Both the position numbers and the translations under genes were made by a program. Below the pieces are notes generated by a model, which was given only the letters and a program-made list of their open reading frames with translations, had not been told where the DNA came from and did no database searches. DNA of 64,000 bases from Candidatus Parvarchaeota archaeon (GTDB taxonomy: Archaea > Nanobdellota > Nanobdellia > JAFCGN01). The DNA is taken from the NCBI GenBank assembly GCA_017608045.1, contig JAFCGN010000002.1, forward strand, positions 116,151 through 180,150, in the 5' to 3' direction. This document shows, piece by piece, positions 55,412-64,000 of the stretch (positions within the stretch are counted from its first letter, which is position 1; each line of letters starts with the position of its first letter).

Positions 55412-55469
55412 AAAAATCTTAATTTAAAAAACAAAAGATTTAAATACTACTTTTAAGTAGTGAATAAAC

Positions 55470-55892
55470 ATGGTAAAGGTGCAAAAACTTGTTAAAGTGA
55501 GGTATAAGAATGGTTCAAGCAAATTTTATAAAGGAATTACTTATGCTGTTTTGAAAGATATATACAGGAGAGCAATTAATCTTGTTAATTTTAATAAGGA
55601 GTTTTTAAGTGAAAAAGCAAGAATAGGATTAGTTGAATATTTTGAAACATGTGCAGAACAATTAGAACATGGCTCTCTTTTTTATGAAAGCCAATTAAGG
55701 CTTTTGGTTAAGATTTTTAAGGTTTTTGGAAATAATGGAGGTGATGGCGGAATTAAAAAATTATTGGATGATTTTCCAATTCCTCCTAACAACACAATTG
55801 ATGAGTTATTAGATGCGCTTCCAAATCCGCCAAAGTCTGAAAAGAATTCAAAAATATGTTATCTTGAACCAAAAATCCTTACTAAGTATTAA
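55470..55892 (+). CDS. Hypothetical 140-aa protein
   Basis: ORF only. Gly/Pro-rich C-terminal segment. Confidence 0.25.
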   Translation: MVKVQKLVKVRYKNGSSKFYKGITYAVLKDIYRRAINLVNFNKEFLSEKARIGLVEYFETCAEQLEHGSLFYESQLRLLVKIFKVFGNNGGDGGIKKLLDDFPIPPNNTIDELLDALPNPPKSEKNSKICYLEPKILTKY

Positions 55893-56698
55893 GAAATTTT
55901 TTTAAAAATTTTTTTTTCATTTTTTTCAATTTCTATTATTAATTTTTCAGCAGGGATTCTTTTTATTTCTGCAATTTTTATTACACTTCTTAAAATGTTT
56001 AAAGGAGTGTTTATTCTCTCTTTTAAACCCATATAAGGTGAATCTGTTTCTAAAAATAATTTATTTGTTGGAACAAGCTCTGCTAAAACTTGTTTTTGTG
56101 GTATTTTTTCTACACTCGTGGGTATGCTGAAATAACATCCGAGTTCCCAAGCTTCCATTACTTCTCTTTCATTTCCGCCGAAAGCATGAAAAATAGGGAT
56201 TAGTTTTTCTTCTTTTATTTCTTTTTGATATTCGCTGAGAATGTTAATAACTCTTTTTACAGCCCATCTTGAATGCATTATTAATGGCAATTTTAGTTCA
56301 ATAGCAAGTTCAATCATTTTCTTAAAAGCAATTTTTTGTTCTTCCTTTTTTTTGTTGATTTTATAGTCAATGCCAACTTCACTTATTGCTACAATATTGT
56401 TTTTTCTAATTTGTTCAATAACTTTCTTGAGTTCATTTTTCCAATCTTCTTTTTCTACAATGCTTGGATAAAAACCAAGAGCAGGAAAAAAAGTTTCGTA
56501 TTTTGAACAAATTTTAAGAACATTATTATTATCTTCAAAATTTAATCCAGCACAAATAACTTTTATTTTATATTTTTTCAATTCTTGGTTAAGTTTTTTT
56601 AATTTTCCCTCAAATTTTTCATTAGTTAAATGAGCGTGAATATCAATCATGAATAAAAAATAGTAAATTAATGATTTTAATCTTTTTGAACACAACAA
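55889..56698 (-). CDS. TatD-family metal-dependent hydrolase/DNase
   Basis: N-terminal IDIHAHL. Conserved His/Glu/Asp pattern of the TIM-barrel TatD fold (…HSRWA…; …FHAFGG…; LETDSPY). Confidence 0.8.
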   Translation of the reverse strand: MLCSKRLKSLIYYFLFMIDIHAHLTNEKFEGKLKKLNQELKKYKIKVICAGLNFEDNNNVLKICSKYETFFPALGFYPSIVEKEDWKNELKKVIEQIRKNNIVAISEVGIDYKINKKKEEQKIAFKKMIELAIELKLPLIMHSRWAVKRVINILSEYQKEIKEEKLIPIFHAFGGNEREVMEAWELGCYFSIPTSVEKIPQKQVLAELVPTNKLFLETDSPYMGLKERINTPLNILRSVIKIAEIKRIPAEKLIIEIEKNEKKIFKKIS

Positions 56699-56729
56699 GT
56701 TTAAAAATTTTTAATATTTTTATCAGTTT

Positions 56730-57338
56730 ATGAAAGGTCTTTGTTTATTAAGCGGGGGTATTGACTCTATTATAAGCGCTTATCTTGTTAAAAAAACAGG
56801 AATTAAGGTTGATTTTCTTCATTTTCGCGTATTTGAAAATAATAGAAATGAAGAAGAAAAAATAAAAAGTCTTGCAAAAAAAATAGGTGGAAAAATATTT
56901 TTTGCATCTCATAAAAAAATGTTGTTAGAATTTCAAAAAAAATGTGAAACAAAGTTTACTTGTGTTTTTTGTAAGAAGACAATGCTTATTGTTGCTGATG
57001 GATTTGCTAAAAAAAATATGTATGATTTTATTATTACTGGAGATAATCTTGGACAAGTTGCGAGTCAAACTTTAAAAAATATGAAGTTTATTTCACAAGG
57101 AATTGAAACACCAATTCTCCGCCCCTTGCTTGGATTAGATAAACAAGAAATAATAGATATTGCAAAAAAAATAGGGACATACGAGTTAAGCATAAAACAT
57201 GCTCTTCCTTGTCCATTTCTTCCAAAAAGAATTGTTACAAAAGTGAATGAAAAAAAATATGCAAAAGAAATAAAAAAAATTGATTTCAAAAAAATGGTTA
57301 ATGAATCCTTAGATACAATAGAAGAAATTTCAAGGTAA
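56730..57338 (+). CDS. ThiI-like PP-loop ATPase domain protein lacking a THUMP domain (putative tRNA s4U / sulfur-transfer enzyme)
   Basis: PP-loop LLSGGIDSIISAY. ThiI signature ITGDNLGQVASQTLKNM. Candidate catalytic Cys in HALPCPF. Confidence 0.6.
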   Translation: MKGLCLLSGGIDSIISAYLVKKTGIKVDFLHFRVFENNRNEEEKIKSLAKKIGGKIFFASHKKMLLEFQKKCETKFTCVFCKKTMLIVADGFAKKNMYDFIITGDNLGQVASQTLKNMKFISQGIETPILRPLLGLDKQEIIDIAKKIGTYELSIKHALPCPFLPKRIVTKVNEKKYAKEIKKIDFKKMVNESLDTIEEISR

Positions 57339-57353
57339 AAAGTTGGTGCATTT

Positions 57354-58334
57354 TTAAAAATCTTCAATTTTTGTTTGACCATTCACTAATGGCTTCGCAT
57401 TAAAACCTAAGTCTTTTAAATCTTTGGCAAATTCACGATTAAATCCGTGCATGGTATATACGATTTCTGGATCTGTTTTTTTTACAACTTCAATTAATTC
57501 TTTATAATCAGCATGGTCACTCATTGAAAATGTTTTATCATAATTCATTATTTTTTTATTAGGGTATCCTGTATTTGCCCAACCTGTAAAAAAAGCAGTT
57601 TTTGTTTCAGGAGTCCAATAATATTTTACCATGTGCGGGGGAACCACCATTATTGATGGTGTTGAGAGGTATCCTTTTTCTTTAGCTTCTCTAATTGAAG
57701 GAAAACCTCTTAATTCAATGCCGAAATCAGAATAAACACTATTTATTTTGATAATCTGACTATCTACAAAAATTGGATATGGCAATTTTTCAAATAATTT
57801 GCACAAGATTTGCGCTTTTCCCAAAGCATATCCAATAACCATAACATTTTTTCCTTTTTTTAATTGGTCTTGCACCCAATCACTTGCTTCCTTGTTTACT
57901 TCTTTAAATTTAGGAAAAACATAATTTGGTTTGCCAAAAGTGGTTTCAATAATTAAAATGTCTGCTTTAACAGGTTTGAATCCTTTGAGAAATAATCTGT
58001 CTCTTGTATTAAAGTCTCCAGTGTAAAGAATCTTTTTTTCATCAACTTCAAGCAATAATGATTTGCTTCCAAGAACATGTCCAGCATTAAGGAGTTTTGC
58101 ATTTTCTAAACTTTCAATGTATTTATTTGGTGATTTATTTGTTCTTGAATTTATTAACTTAACTGTTTCTTTGCTTGAGAGTATGGGGATATCTGTCTTT
58201 TTTTTAATAACATGGTCTGAGTGAGCATGGCTCACAAAAGCATAAGTGCTATTTTGGTGTATGCTGTCAAAAGAAATTATCTTATTCTTAAATTTAAGAA
58301 AAAGCCCGTTATCCTCTTTTAATTTAAGCATCAT
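57354..58334 (-). CDS. Metallo-beta-lactamase fold beta-CASP family hydrolase (RNA-processing nuclease-like)
   Basis: HxHxDH as SHAHSDHV. Later Asp/His motifs (TGDFNT; SDHADY; MHG). Confidence 0.6.
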   Translation of the reverse strand: MMLKLKEDNGLFLKFKNKIISFDSIHQNSTYAFVSHAHSDHVIKKKTDIPILSSKETVKLINSRTNKSPNKYIESLENAKLLNAGHVLGSKSLLLEVDEKKILYTGDFNTRDRLFLKGFKPVKADILIIETTFGKPNYVFPKFKEVNKEASDWVQDQLKKGKNVMVIGYALGKAQILCKLFEKLPYPIFVDSQIIKINSVYSDFGIELRGFPSIREAKEKGYLSTPSIMVVPPHMVKYYWTPETKTAFFTGWANTGYPNKKIMNYDKTFSMSDHADYKELIEVVKKTDPEIVYTMHGFNREFAKDLKDLGFNAKPLVNGQTKIEDF

Positions 58335-58400
58335 GAATTAACAAAATGCAGCACATTAATTAACTTTGTTATTATTTTTTTTAACTTATTACTTGCAAAA

Positions 58401-59306
58401 CTACTTTTCTTTAGAAAGAATTTTTTTGATATTCTCAATTATTGCATTTTCATTCATTTTTATGCCAGCATTTCTTAATTCAGATGACATTTGAGAGCCT
58501 AAGTTATCAAGAACATCAAAGAACTTCATTGGGAACACAAGTTTTGTTCCACTTCCTTTACCCATTTCTTCAAGTGCCTTTAAGTAGTAAAACATTAATG
58601 CTCTGTCACTAAGATTCTCTGCTGCTTCGCCTACAGCTTCAATCATTATTTTTTTTGCTTCTGCAGCAAATCTTTGCGCTTGAAGTTGTTGAGCAGTAAT
58701 TTCTTTTTGTTGCATTGCTTCAATGATTTCAGAATCAGGCATTACTCCTCTTAATTGTATTTTTGGCACATCTATGCCCCAATTCCATGTTTGTCTTCTT
58801 ATAGCGTTTTGAAGCAAATCGTTTAATTTAGGTAAATCTGAAAAAAGTTCTCTCATTCTCATACTGCCAATTATATTTCTTGTTTCACCAATAAGTGCGT
58901 TTTTGAGTGCTTCAACATAATTATCAATTTTAAGAACTGCTTTGTCAGGATTGCGTATATTATAATATGCAATTCCATCAATATTTAATCGCAAATCATC
59001 CTTTGTGAATGCGTTTGGAACAAGAAGGTTTAACATATGAGTTCTTACATCCAATCTTTTAAACTCTTTTTCAAAAAAAGGCACTATAATAGCCCAGCCA
59101 GGACCAACAATTCTGTTAAACTTGCCCATTCTGAATATGATTCCTCTTTCATAGTCATTGTATTCCTTAATAAAAATTTTAAAAAAAACATAAAGTATGA
59201 GAAGGAATATTAAAGCAAGAACAATGTATCTTACTCCAGGCATCATTATGAATAAGATAATAAAAAGACCTGCACCACCCAAAATTAAGTAGTCCCATTG
59301 GTTCAT
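58401..59306 (-). CDS. SPFH/band-7 (stomatin/prohibitin-like) membrane protein
   Basis: N-terminal TM helix. SPFH core YERGIIFRMGKFNRIVGPGWAIIVPFFE…DVRTH. Ala/Gln-rich coiled-coil C-terminal region. Confidence 0.75.
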   Translation of the reverse strand: MNQWDYLILGGAGLFIILFIMMPGVRYIVLALIFLLILYVFFKIFIKEYNDYERGIIFRMGKFNRIVGPGWAIIVPFFEKEFKRLDVRTHMLNLLVPNAFTKDDLRLNIDGIAYYNIRNPDKAVLKIDNYVEALKNALIGETRNIIGSMRMRELFSDLPKLNDLLQNAIRRQTWNWGIDVPKIQLRGVMPDSEIIEAMQQKEITAQQLQAQRFAAEAKKIMIEAVGEAAENLSDRALMFYYLKALEEMGKGSGTKLVFPMKFFDVLDNLGSQMSSELRNAGIKMNENAIIENIKKILSKEK

Positions 59307-59411
59307 TTCAATAAAAAGTATAATTGTATAAATTAAATAGTTTATGATAATTAATAAAAACTTTTAAACAAAAAGTTTAAATATGTTATTTTTCTACTAA
59401 AAAGTAGTAAA

Positions 59412-59915
59412 ATGATAAAAGATTATGATTTGCTTCATGAATATTTTTCATCTAATGGGAAAAGAAAAAATGGTAGCATTCCTTATAGCAAGGATGTTGG
59501 CAACTTAATAAGAGTGAATGAAAAAATTGTTGTTTTTTATCTAAATGAAAAAATAAATGGTTGCAAAACTGTTGATGAATTAAGGAAAATTCTTCAATTA
59601 GGGATGGAAGCATATGCTTTTGCTGGCAAGGATTTACACATGTGCGTTAATCAAGAAACTAAATATAATGCAACAAAGTGTTTGCTCAAAGAAAAATTGG
59701 GTGAATTCGGGAAGAAAGATTTTGAACAATGTGAAGTAAGTAATATCTTTGGAAGTTTGCAAAATATTGTATCAATTATGGAGTTTGTGAATATTGATAA
59801 AGTTTCTGAAATGTGGCATTCTAAAATGTTTTCTTTTTTTGGACAGGAGGGGTTAAACAAAGAAAATCTTTTAAAAACATTTTCTCAATGTCTTGAAAGT
59901 GTTTTAGATGATTAA
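59412..59915 (+). CDS. Hypothetical 167-aa protein
   Basis: ORF only. Confidence 0.25.
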   Translation: MIKDYDLLHEYFSSNGKRKNGSIPYSKDVGNLIRVNEKIVVFYLNEKINGCKTVDELRKILQLGMEAYAFAGKDLHMCVNQETKYNATKCLLKEKLGEFGKKDFEQCEVSNIFGSLQNIVSIMEFVNIDKVSEMWHSKMFSFFGQEGLNKENLLKTFSQCLESVLDD

Positions 59916-59970
59916 TCAATAAAAGAATAATCGATAAGTATTTAAAAACAATAATGTAATATCAAGTCTT

Positions 59971-60159
59971 ATGGGAAGGATTAGAACCAAATTTATTAAA
60001 AGCACTGCAAGAAAACTTGTTGAAAAAGCAAGGAATAGGTTAAGCAAAGATTTTGAGCATAATAAAAAAGAGATTGAGACTCTGGCAACAATAAGGAGTA
60101 AAAGATTAAGAAATAAGATTGCAGGTGCTGTGACAAGTTTAATGAAAAAAGAAGAATAG
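59971..60159 (+). CDS. rps17e: Ribosomal protein S17e (eS17)
   Basis: MGRIRTKFIKSTARKLVEKARNRLSKDFEHNKKEIETLATIRSKRLRNKIAGAVTSLMKKEE matches the eS17 pattern MGRVRTKTVKKAAR…FHTNK…IPSKKLRNKIAG. Confidence 0.8.
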   Translation: MGRIRTKFIKSTARKLVEKARNRLSKDFEHNKKEIETLATIRSKRLRNKIAGAVTSLMKKEE

Positions 60160-60165
60160 TTTTTA

Positions 60166-60714
60166 TTAATATTCATCTAATAATTTTGTTTTTCTGTTTT
60201 GAAGTAAAGATTCTAAACAAAGGTTTTTGGTTTCAACAGGTATTGTTTCTATTTTCAAATGTTCTAATCCAATTTTACCAGTTATTTCTAACCAGAGTTC
60301 ATTACTTGTTCTTTTAAACCCTATTTGGAGTCCTAATTTTTTAGAATACCCAAATGCTTGAATTCCTGTATCGCAAGAAATGATTATGGGTTCAAGTCCT
60401 TTATAAGGTGTATTTCGTTCATCTTTTGCAAATTCTAATGCAGTTTCTTTATTTTTTGAAAAATATGTTGTACCTTGCAGTGAAGCATAACCTTGTTTAT
60501 TAGAACCTCTTTGAGCGTTTATTTTTGAATGATACTCTTTGATTATTTCTAATTCAGTTTTACTTAATTTTTCTAAACCTAATTTTTCTCTTATTCCATT
60601 TATCTTGTTTAAATCATATTCATAACAGGCATAAAGGGAGCTTATGTTACATCCTCTGAAGCAATGATTTTCTTTTTTTTCAATATCAAACCTTTGTCCT
60701 AACATATAAGGCAA
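60166..60714 (-). CDS. Hypothetical 182-aa protein
   Basis: ORF only. Confidence 0.25.
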   Translation of the reverse strand: MPYMLGQRFDIEKKENHCFRGCNISSLYACYEYDLNKINGIREKLGLEKLSKTELEIIKEYHSKINAQRGSNKQGYASLQGTTYFSKNKETALEFAKDERNTPYKGLEPIIISCDTGIQAFGYSKKLGLQIGFKRTSNELWLEITGKIGLEHLKIETIPVETKNLCLESLLQNRKTKLLDEY

Positions 60715-60769
60715 TCACTATAAAGTAGTATAAATATTTTACTACAACGGGTTTTTTTGAACAAAGCGA

Positions 60770-63391
60770 TTAAGCTTTGTTCTTTATGTTTGCCTGCGCT
60801 GCACTGATTCTTGCTATTGGAACTCTATAAGGACTGCATGACACATAGTCAAGTCCGATTTTGTGGCAGAACTCAATGCTTTTTGGTTCGCCTCCATGTT
60901 CTCCGCAAATGCCAATTTTTAGGTTTTTTCTTGTTTTTCTTCCAAGTTCTAATCCTATTTTGACTAATTTTCCAACGCCTTTTCTGTCTAAGACTTGAAA
61001 TGGGTCATATTCAAAAATGTCTTTTTCAAGATATTCTGGTATGAATTTACCAACATCGTCTCTTGAAAATCCAAAAGTTGTTTGTGTTAGGTCGTTTGTG
61101 CCAAAACTAAAAAACTCTGCTTCTTGTGCAATTTCATCAGCAGTCAGAGCAGCTCTTGGAAGTTCAATCATGGTCCCAATTTTATATTTTAAATTTATGT
61201 TATATTTCTTAATAATTTCTTTTGCTTTGTTTTCTACAATCTTTTTTACAATTCTTAATTCTTCTTTTGAAGAAACAAGAGGTATCATGATTTCTGGTTC
61301 TATATTAAGTCCTTGTTGTTTTAATTCGCATGCAGCTTCAATAATTGCTTGTGTTTGCATTTCATAAATTTCTGGAAAAGTTATTGCTAATCTGCATCCT
61401 CTGTGTCCAAGCATTGGATTTATTTCTTTTAGTTGTTCTATTTTTTCAAGAAGCTTTTGAGGAGAAACACTCATGCTTTCAGATACTTCTTGAATTTCTT
61501 CCATTGTTTGAGGTAAAAATTCATGCAAAGGAGGGTCAAGCAGTCTTATAGTAACAGGAAGTTCTTCCATTACTTTAAATAATCCAATGAAGTCTCCTTT
61601 TTGCATAGGAAGCAATTTTTTAAGTGCTTTTTCCCTTTCTTCTCTTGTGTCTGATAAAATCATTTCTCTTACTGCAACAATCCTGTCTCCTTGAAAAAAC
61701 ATGTGTTCTGTTCTGCAAAGTCCAATGCCTTCTGCACCAAATTCTTTTGCAATTCGTGCATCATGCGGCGTGTCTGCATTTGTTAATACCTTTAATTTTC
61801 TGAATTCATCTGACCATAGCAATATTTTTTTAAACTCTTCTGAAAGTTCAGGTTCAACAAGAGGGAGTGCTCCAATAAAAACTTCTCCTGTGTTTCCATC
61901 AAGAGAAATAATATCTCCTTCTTTAACAAGTGTTGAACCAACAAGGAAAGATTTGTTTTTTTCATCAAAAACAATTTCCCCTGCACCTGTTATGCAACAT
62001 TTACCCATGCCTCTTGCAACTACTGCTGCGTGAGATGTCATCCCGCCTCTTGCTGTTAATACTCCTTCTGAGACAGCCATTCCTTTTATGTCTTCAGGCG
62101 AGGTTTCTAATCGCACTAAAATAACTTTTTTACCTTGTTTTGATTTTTCTTCAGCATCTTGGGCAGAAAAAACAACTTCACCTACTGCTGCTCCAGGTGA
62201 TGCTGGAAGTCCTTTTGTTAATTTTTTTGCCTTTTGTTTTGCAAGATCATCAAGCTGTTTGTGAAGTAGTTGGTTTATTTGTTTTGGATTTATTTTTAAA
62301 AGTGCAGTTTCCTTATCAATTAGTCCTTCTTTCTCCATGTCTACTGCAATTTTTATTGATGCCTTTGCTGTTCTTTTACCTACTCTTGATTGAAGTATGT
62401 ATAGTTTTTTATTCTCAATTGTAAATTCAATGTCAAGCATGTCTTTATAATGGTTTTCAAGTTTTTTTCCTATTTTTACAAGTTCTTCATATACTTTTGG
62501 CATAATTTTTTTTAATTCTTCAATCTCAATTGGAGTTCTTATTCCAGCTACAACATCTTCTCCTTGCGCATTAATTAGAAATTCTCCGTAAAACTCGTTT
62601 TTTCCTGTTGAAGGGTTTCTTGTGAAACACACGCCTGTTCCAGACGTTTCTCCTGTGTTTCCGAAAACCATTGCTTGGATATTTACTGCAGTGCCTAACA
62701 AACCTTTAATATTATTCAATTTTCTATAAATTATTGCTCTTTCATTATTCCATGAATCAAAAACAGCATCAATTGCTAAAAAAAGTTGTTCTTCTGGATT
62801 TTGAGGAAATTCTTTTCCTGTTTTTTCATAAACCACTTTTTTATATTCATTAATTATTTCTTTTAATTCTTCAGTTGTTAATTCAACATCGTATTTAACT
62901 CCTTTTGTTTCTTTTATTTTTTCAAGAATATCTTCAAAAGATTTATGTTCTATTTTCATTACTACATTTCCAAACATTTGTATGAACCTTCTATAACTAT
63001 CGTAAGCAAACCTTTCATTGTTTGTTTTTTTGGCAAGTCCTTGAACGCTTTTATCATTTAATCCTAAATTTAAAACTGTGTCCATCATTCCAGGCATTGA
63101 AACTGCTGCCCCACTTCTAACAGAAATTAATAAGGGATTTTCAAAGTCTCCAAATTTTTTGTTCATTTTCTCTTCAAGTCTTTTTAAATTAAATAGGATT
63201 TTTTCTTTTAGTCCTTCAGGATATTTTTTATTGTGTTCATTATAATATTTGCATACTTCTGTTGTTATTGTAAAACCAGGCGGAACAGGTATGCCTAAAT
63301 TAGTCATCTCATTTAAACCAGCACCTTTTCCACCAAGCAAATTTTTTAATTTTAGGTTTCCTTCACCAAAAAAATAAATCATTTTTTCCAT
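60770..63391 (-). CDS. ppdK: Pyruvate, phosphate dikinase
   Basis: N-terminus MEKMIYFFGEGNLKLKNLLGGKGAGLNEM. Phospho-His GGMTSHAAVVARGMGKCCITG. C-terminal PEP-utilizing TIM barrel (LGHRGCRL…FFSFGTNDLTQ). 873 aa. Confidence 0.9.
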   Translation of the reverse strand: MEKMIYFFGEGNLKLKNLLGGKGAGLNEMTNLGIPVPPGFTITTEVCKYYNEHNKKYPEGLKEKILFNLKRLEEKMNKKFGDFENPLLISVRSGAAVSMPGMMDTVLNLGLNDKSVQGLAKKTNNERFAYDSYRRFIQMFGNVVMKIEHKSFEDILEKIKETKGVKYDVELTTEELKEIINEYKKVVYEKTGKEFPQNPEEQLFLAIDAVFDSWNNERAIIYRKLNNIKGLLGTAVNIQAMVFGNTGETSGTGVCFTRNPSTGKNEFYGEFLINAQGEDVVAGIRTPIEIEELKKIMPKVYEELVKIGKKLENHYKDMLDIEFTIENKKLYILQSRVGKRTAKASIKIAVDMEKEGLIDKETALLKINPKQINQLLHKQLDDLAKQKAKKLTKGLPASPGAAVGEVVFSAQDAEEKSKQGKKVILVRLETSPEDIKGMAVSEGVLTARGGMTSHAAVVARGMGKCCITGAGEIVFDEKNKSFLVGSTLVKEGDIISLDGNTGEVFIGALPLVEPELSEEFKKILLWSDEFRKLKVLTNADTPHDARIAKEFGAEGIGLCRTEHMFFQGDRIVAVREMILSDTREEREKALKKLLPMQKGDFIGLFKVMEELPVTIRLLDPPLHEFLPQTMEEIQEVSESMSVSPQKLLEKIEQLKEINPMLGHRGCRLAITFPEIYEMQTQAIIEAACELKQQGLNIEPEIMIPLVSSKEELRIVKKIVENKAKEIIKKYNINLKYKIGTMIELPRAALTADEIAQEAEFFSFGTNDLTQTTFGFSRDDVGKFIPEYLEKDIFEYDPFQVLDRKGVGKLVKIGLELGRKTRKNLKIGICGEHGGEPKSIEFCHKIGLDYVSCSPYRVPIARISAAQANIKNKA

Positions 63392-63538
63392 TTTTTACGC
63401 CTCCGCTAAATATAGTGGTTGAAAAAAGCAGAAATGCTTTATAAATTTTAATGGTGGATAAAGCAAGTTTGAAGAAAAGTAAAAAATAATAAGAAAGAGG
63501 GTAATAGTTTATAAATTAGGAAATAATAAATTTAACCA

Positions 63539-64000
63539 ATGAGAAAAGCATTTATTATAATGGTATTGCTCTTAAACATTTTTACTGTTGTTAATGCAGC
63601 AACACTTTCAATAAGTCCTTCAAATAATACTCTTAAATTAAATGATGTTGTTAAAATTGATTATTATGTGAGTTTTGCAAGAACAACTGTTGCGAATATA
63701 ACTATTGGTCTTTCGTCAAGCACTTACAATACCACTCTTTTTACAAGTAAGATGAATTCTCAAGTAAAAAAAGATTCAATTACATGGAATGTAAATAAAA
63801 CTCCTGCAGGGAAATATGAATTATATATTAAGGTGTTTCCTTTAGATTCTTCAGAACAAAAAAGCAGTGAGCAAATTGTTATTGAACCTACTGCATTGAT
63901 TAGTGCAGAATATGATTCTTCTCCAATTTTTATTTTTTCTCAAGAGGGTTCAAAAATTGTTAAATTAAAAAATGAAGGAAATGTTCCTTTAAACATAATT
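63539..64000 (+). CDS. Secreted protein, 3' partial (runs off the window end)
   Basis: Hand-translated from the ATG at 63539 with no stop to 64000. Signal peptide MRKAFIIMVLLLNIFTVVNAA. Sequon-rich. Confidence 0.4.
   Translation, partial: MRKAFIIMVLLLNIFTVVNAATLSISPSNNTLKLNDVVKIDYYVSFARTTVANITIGLSSSTYNTTLFTSKMNSQVKKDSITWNVNKTPAGKYELYIKVFPLDSSEQKSSEQIVIEPTALISAEYDSSPIFIFSQEGSKIVKLKNEGNVPLNII

Noticed and set aside
43044-63391. PpsA (43044..45845) and PPDK (60770..63391) as duplicate copies of one gene
   Set aside because: They share the PEP-utilizing phospho-His architecture but have distinct family signatures (PpsA versus PPDK N-termini and lengths). They are paralogous enzyme families, not a duplication.
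1-64000. CRISPR arrays, rRNA, tRNA, IS elements and integrases
   Set aside because: No regularly spaced direct repeats, no GC-rich structured RNA islands and no transposase- or integrase-like ORFs were seen. The only notable repeats are the 106-nt gene-tail duplication and a 21-nt intragenic tandem.

Overview
The window is a visibly AT-rich stretch of archaeal chromosome, gene-dense with many 1-8 nt gene overlaps and frequent TTG/GTG starts. Archaeal hallmarks are present: TBP, MCM, RFC small and large subunits, ribosomal protein S17e, archaeal-type ProRS and AlaRS, and class-III-signal-peptide pilins. The reduced, fermentative-looking gene content and many small secreted Cys-rich proteins suggest a DPANN-like archaeon, but this is inference only.

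Main blocks:
- 1..3066: a partial membrane protein and AlaRS.
- 3159..13661: an archaeal type IV pilus locus. It has six pilin-like genes (two very large), a surface protein, a membrane-tethered wHTH protein, a FlaI/TadA-family ATPase and a split TadB/TadC-like platform pair.
- 13767..21420: a GTPase-like gene plus a 617-aa hypothetical, ProRS, a GlcD-like FAD oxidase operon with its Fe-S subunit split into two ORFs, and a Trx-CcdA fusion.
- 23303..36820: a mostly co-directional minus-strand replication and nucleotide-supply supercluster. It contains a tandem-domain ThyX-like gene, PurF, NrdG, a glutaredoxin-like gene, NrdD fused to a full-length NrdR module, a YkgJ-like gene, a CaCA exchanger, an RPA-like OB protein, MCM, RfcL and RfcS.
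- 36876..38615: a coiled-coil pair, one member with a PspA/ESCRT-III-like N-terminus.
- 38790..45845: IleS, TBP, a small ferredoxin missed by the ORF track, and PpsA with an acidic tail.
- 45852..64000: an XPD-like helicase, an enlarged UPF0175-like/PIN pair, a Trm14-like methyltransferase, Mrp/ApbC, a CDF transporter and a DUF134 regulator carrying near-identical zinc-ribbon tails (a 106-nt repeat), RNase Z, two tandem paralogs of unknown function, TatD, a THUMP-less ThiI-like PP-loop protein, a beta-CASP MBL hydrolase, an SPFH protein, S17e, PPDK and a partial secreted protein.

No rRNA, tRNA or CRISPR array was recognised by eye.
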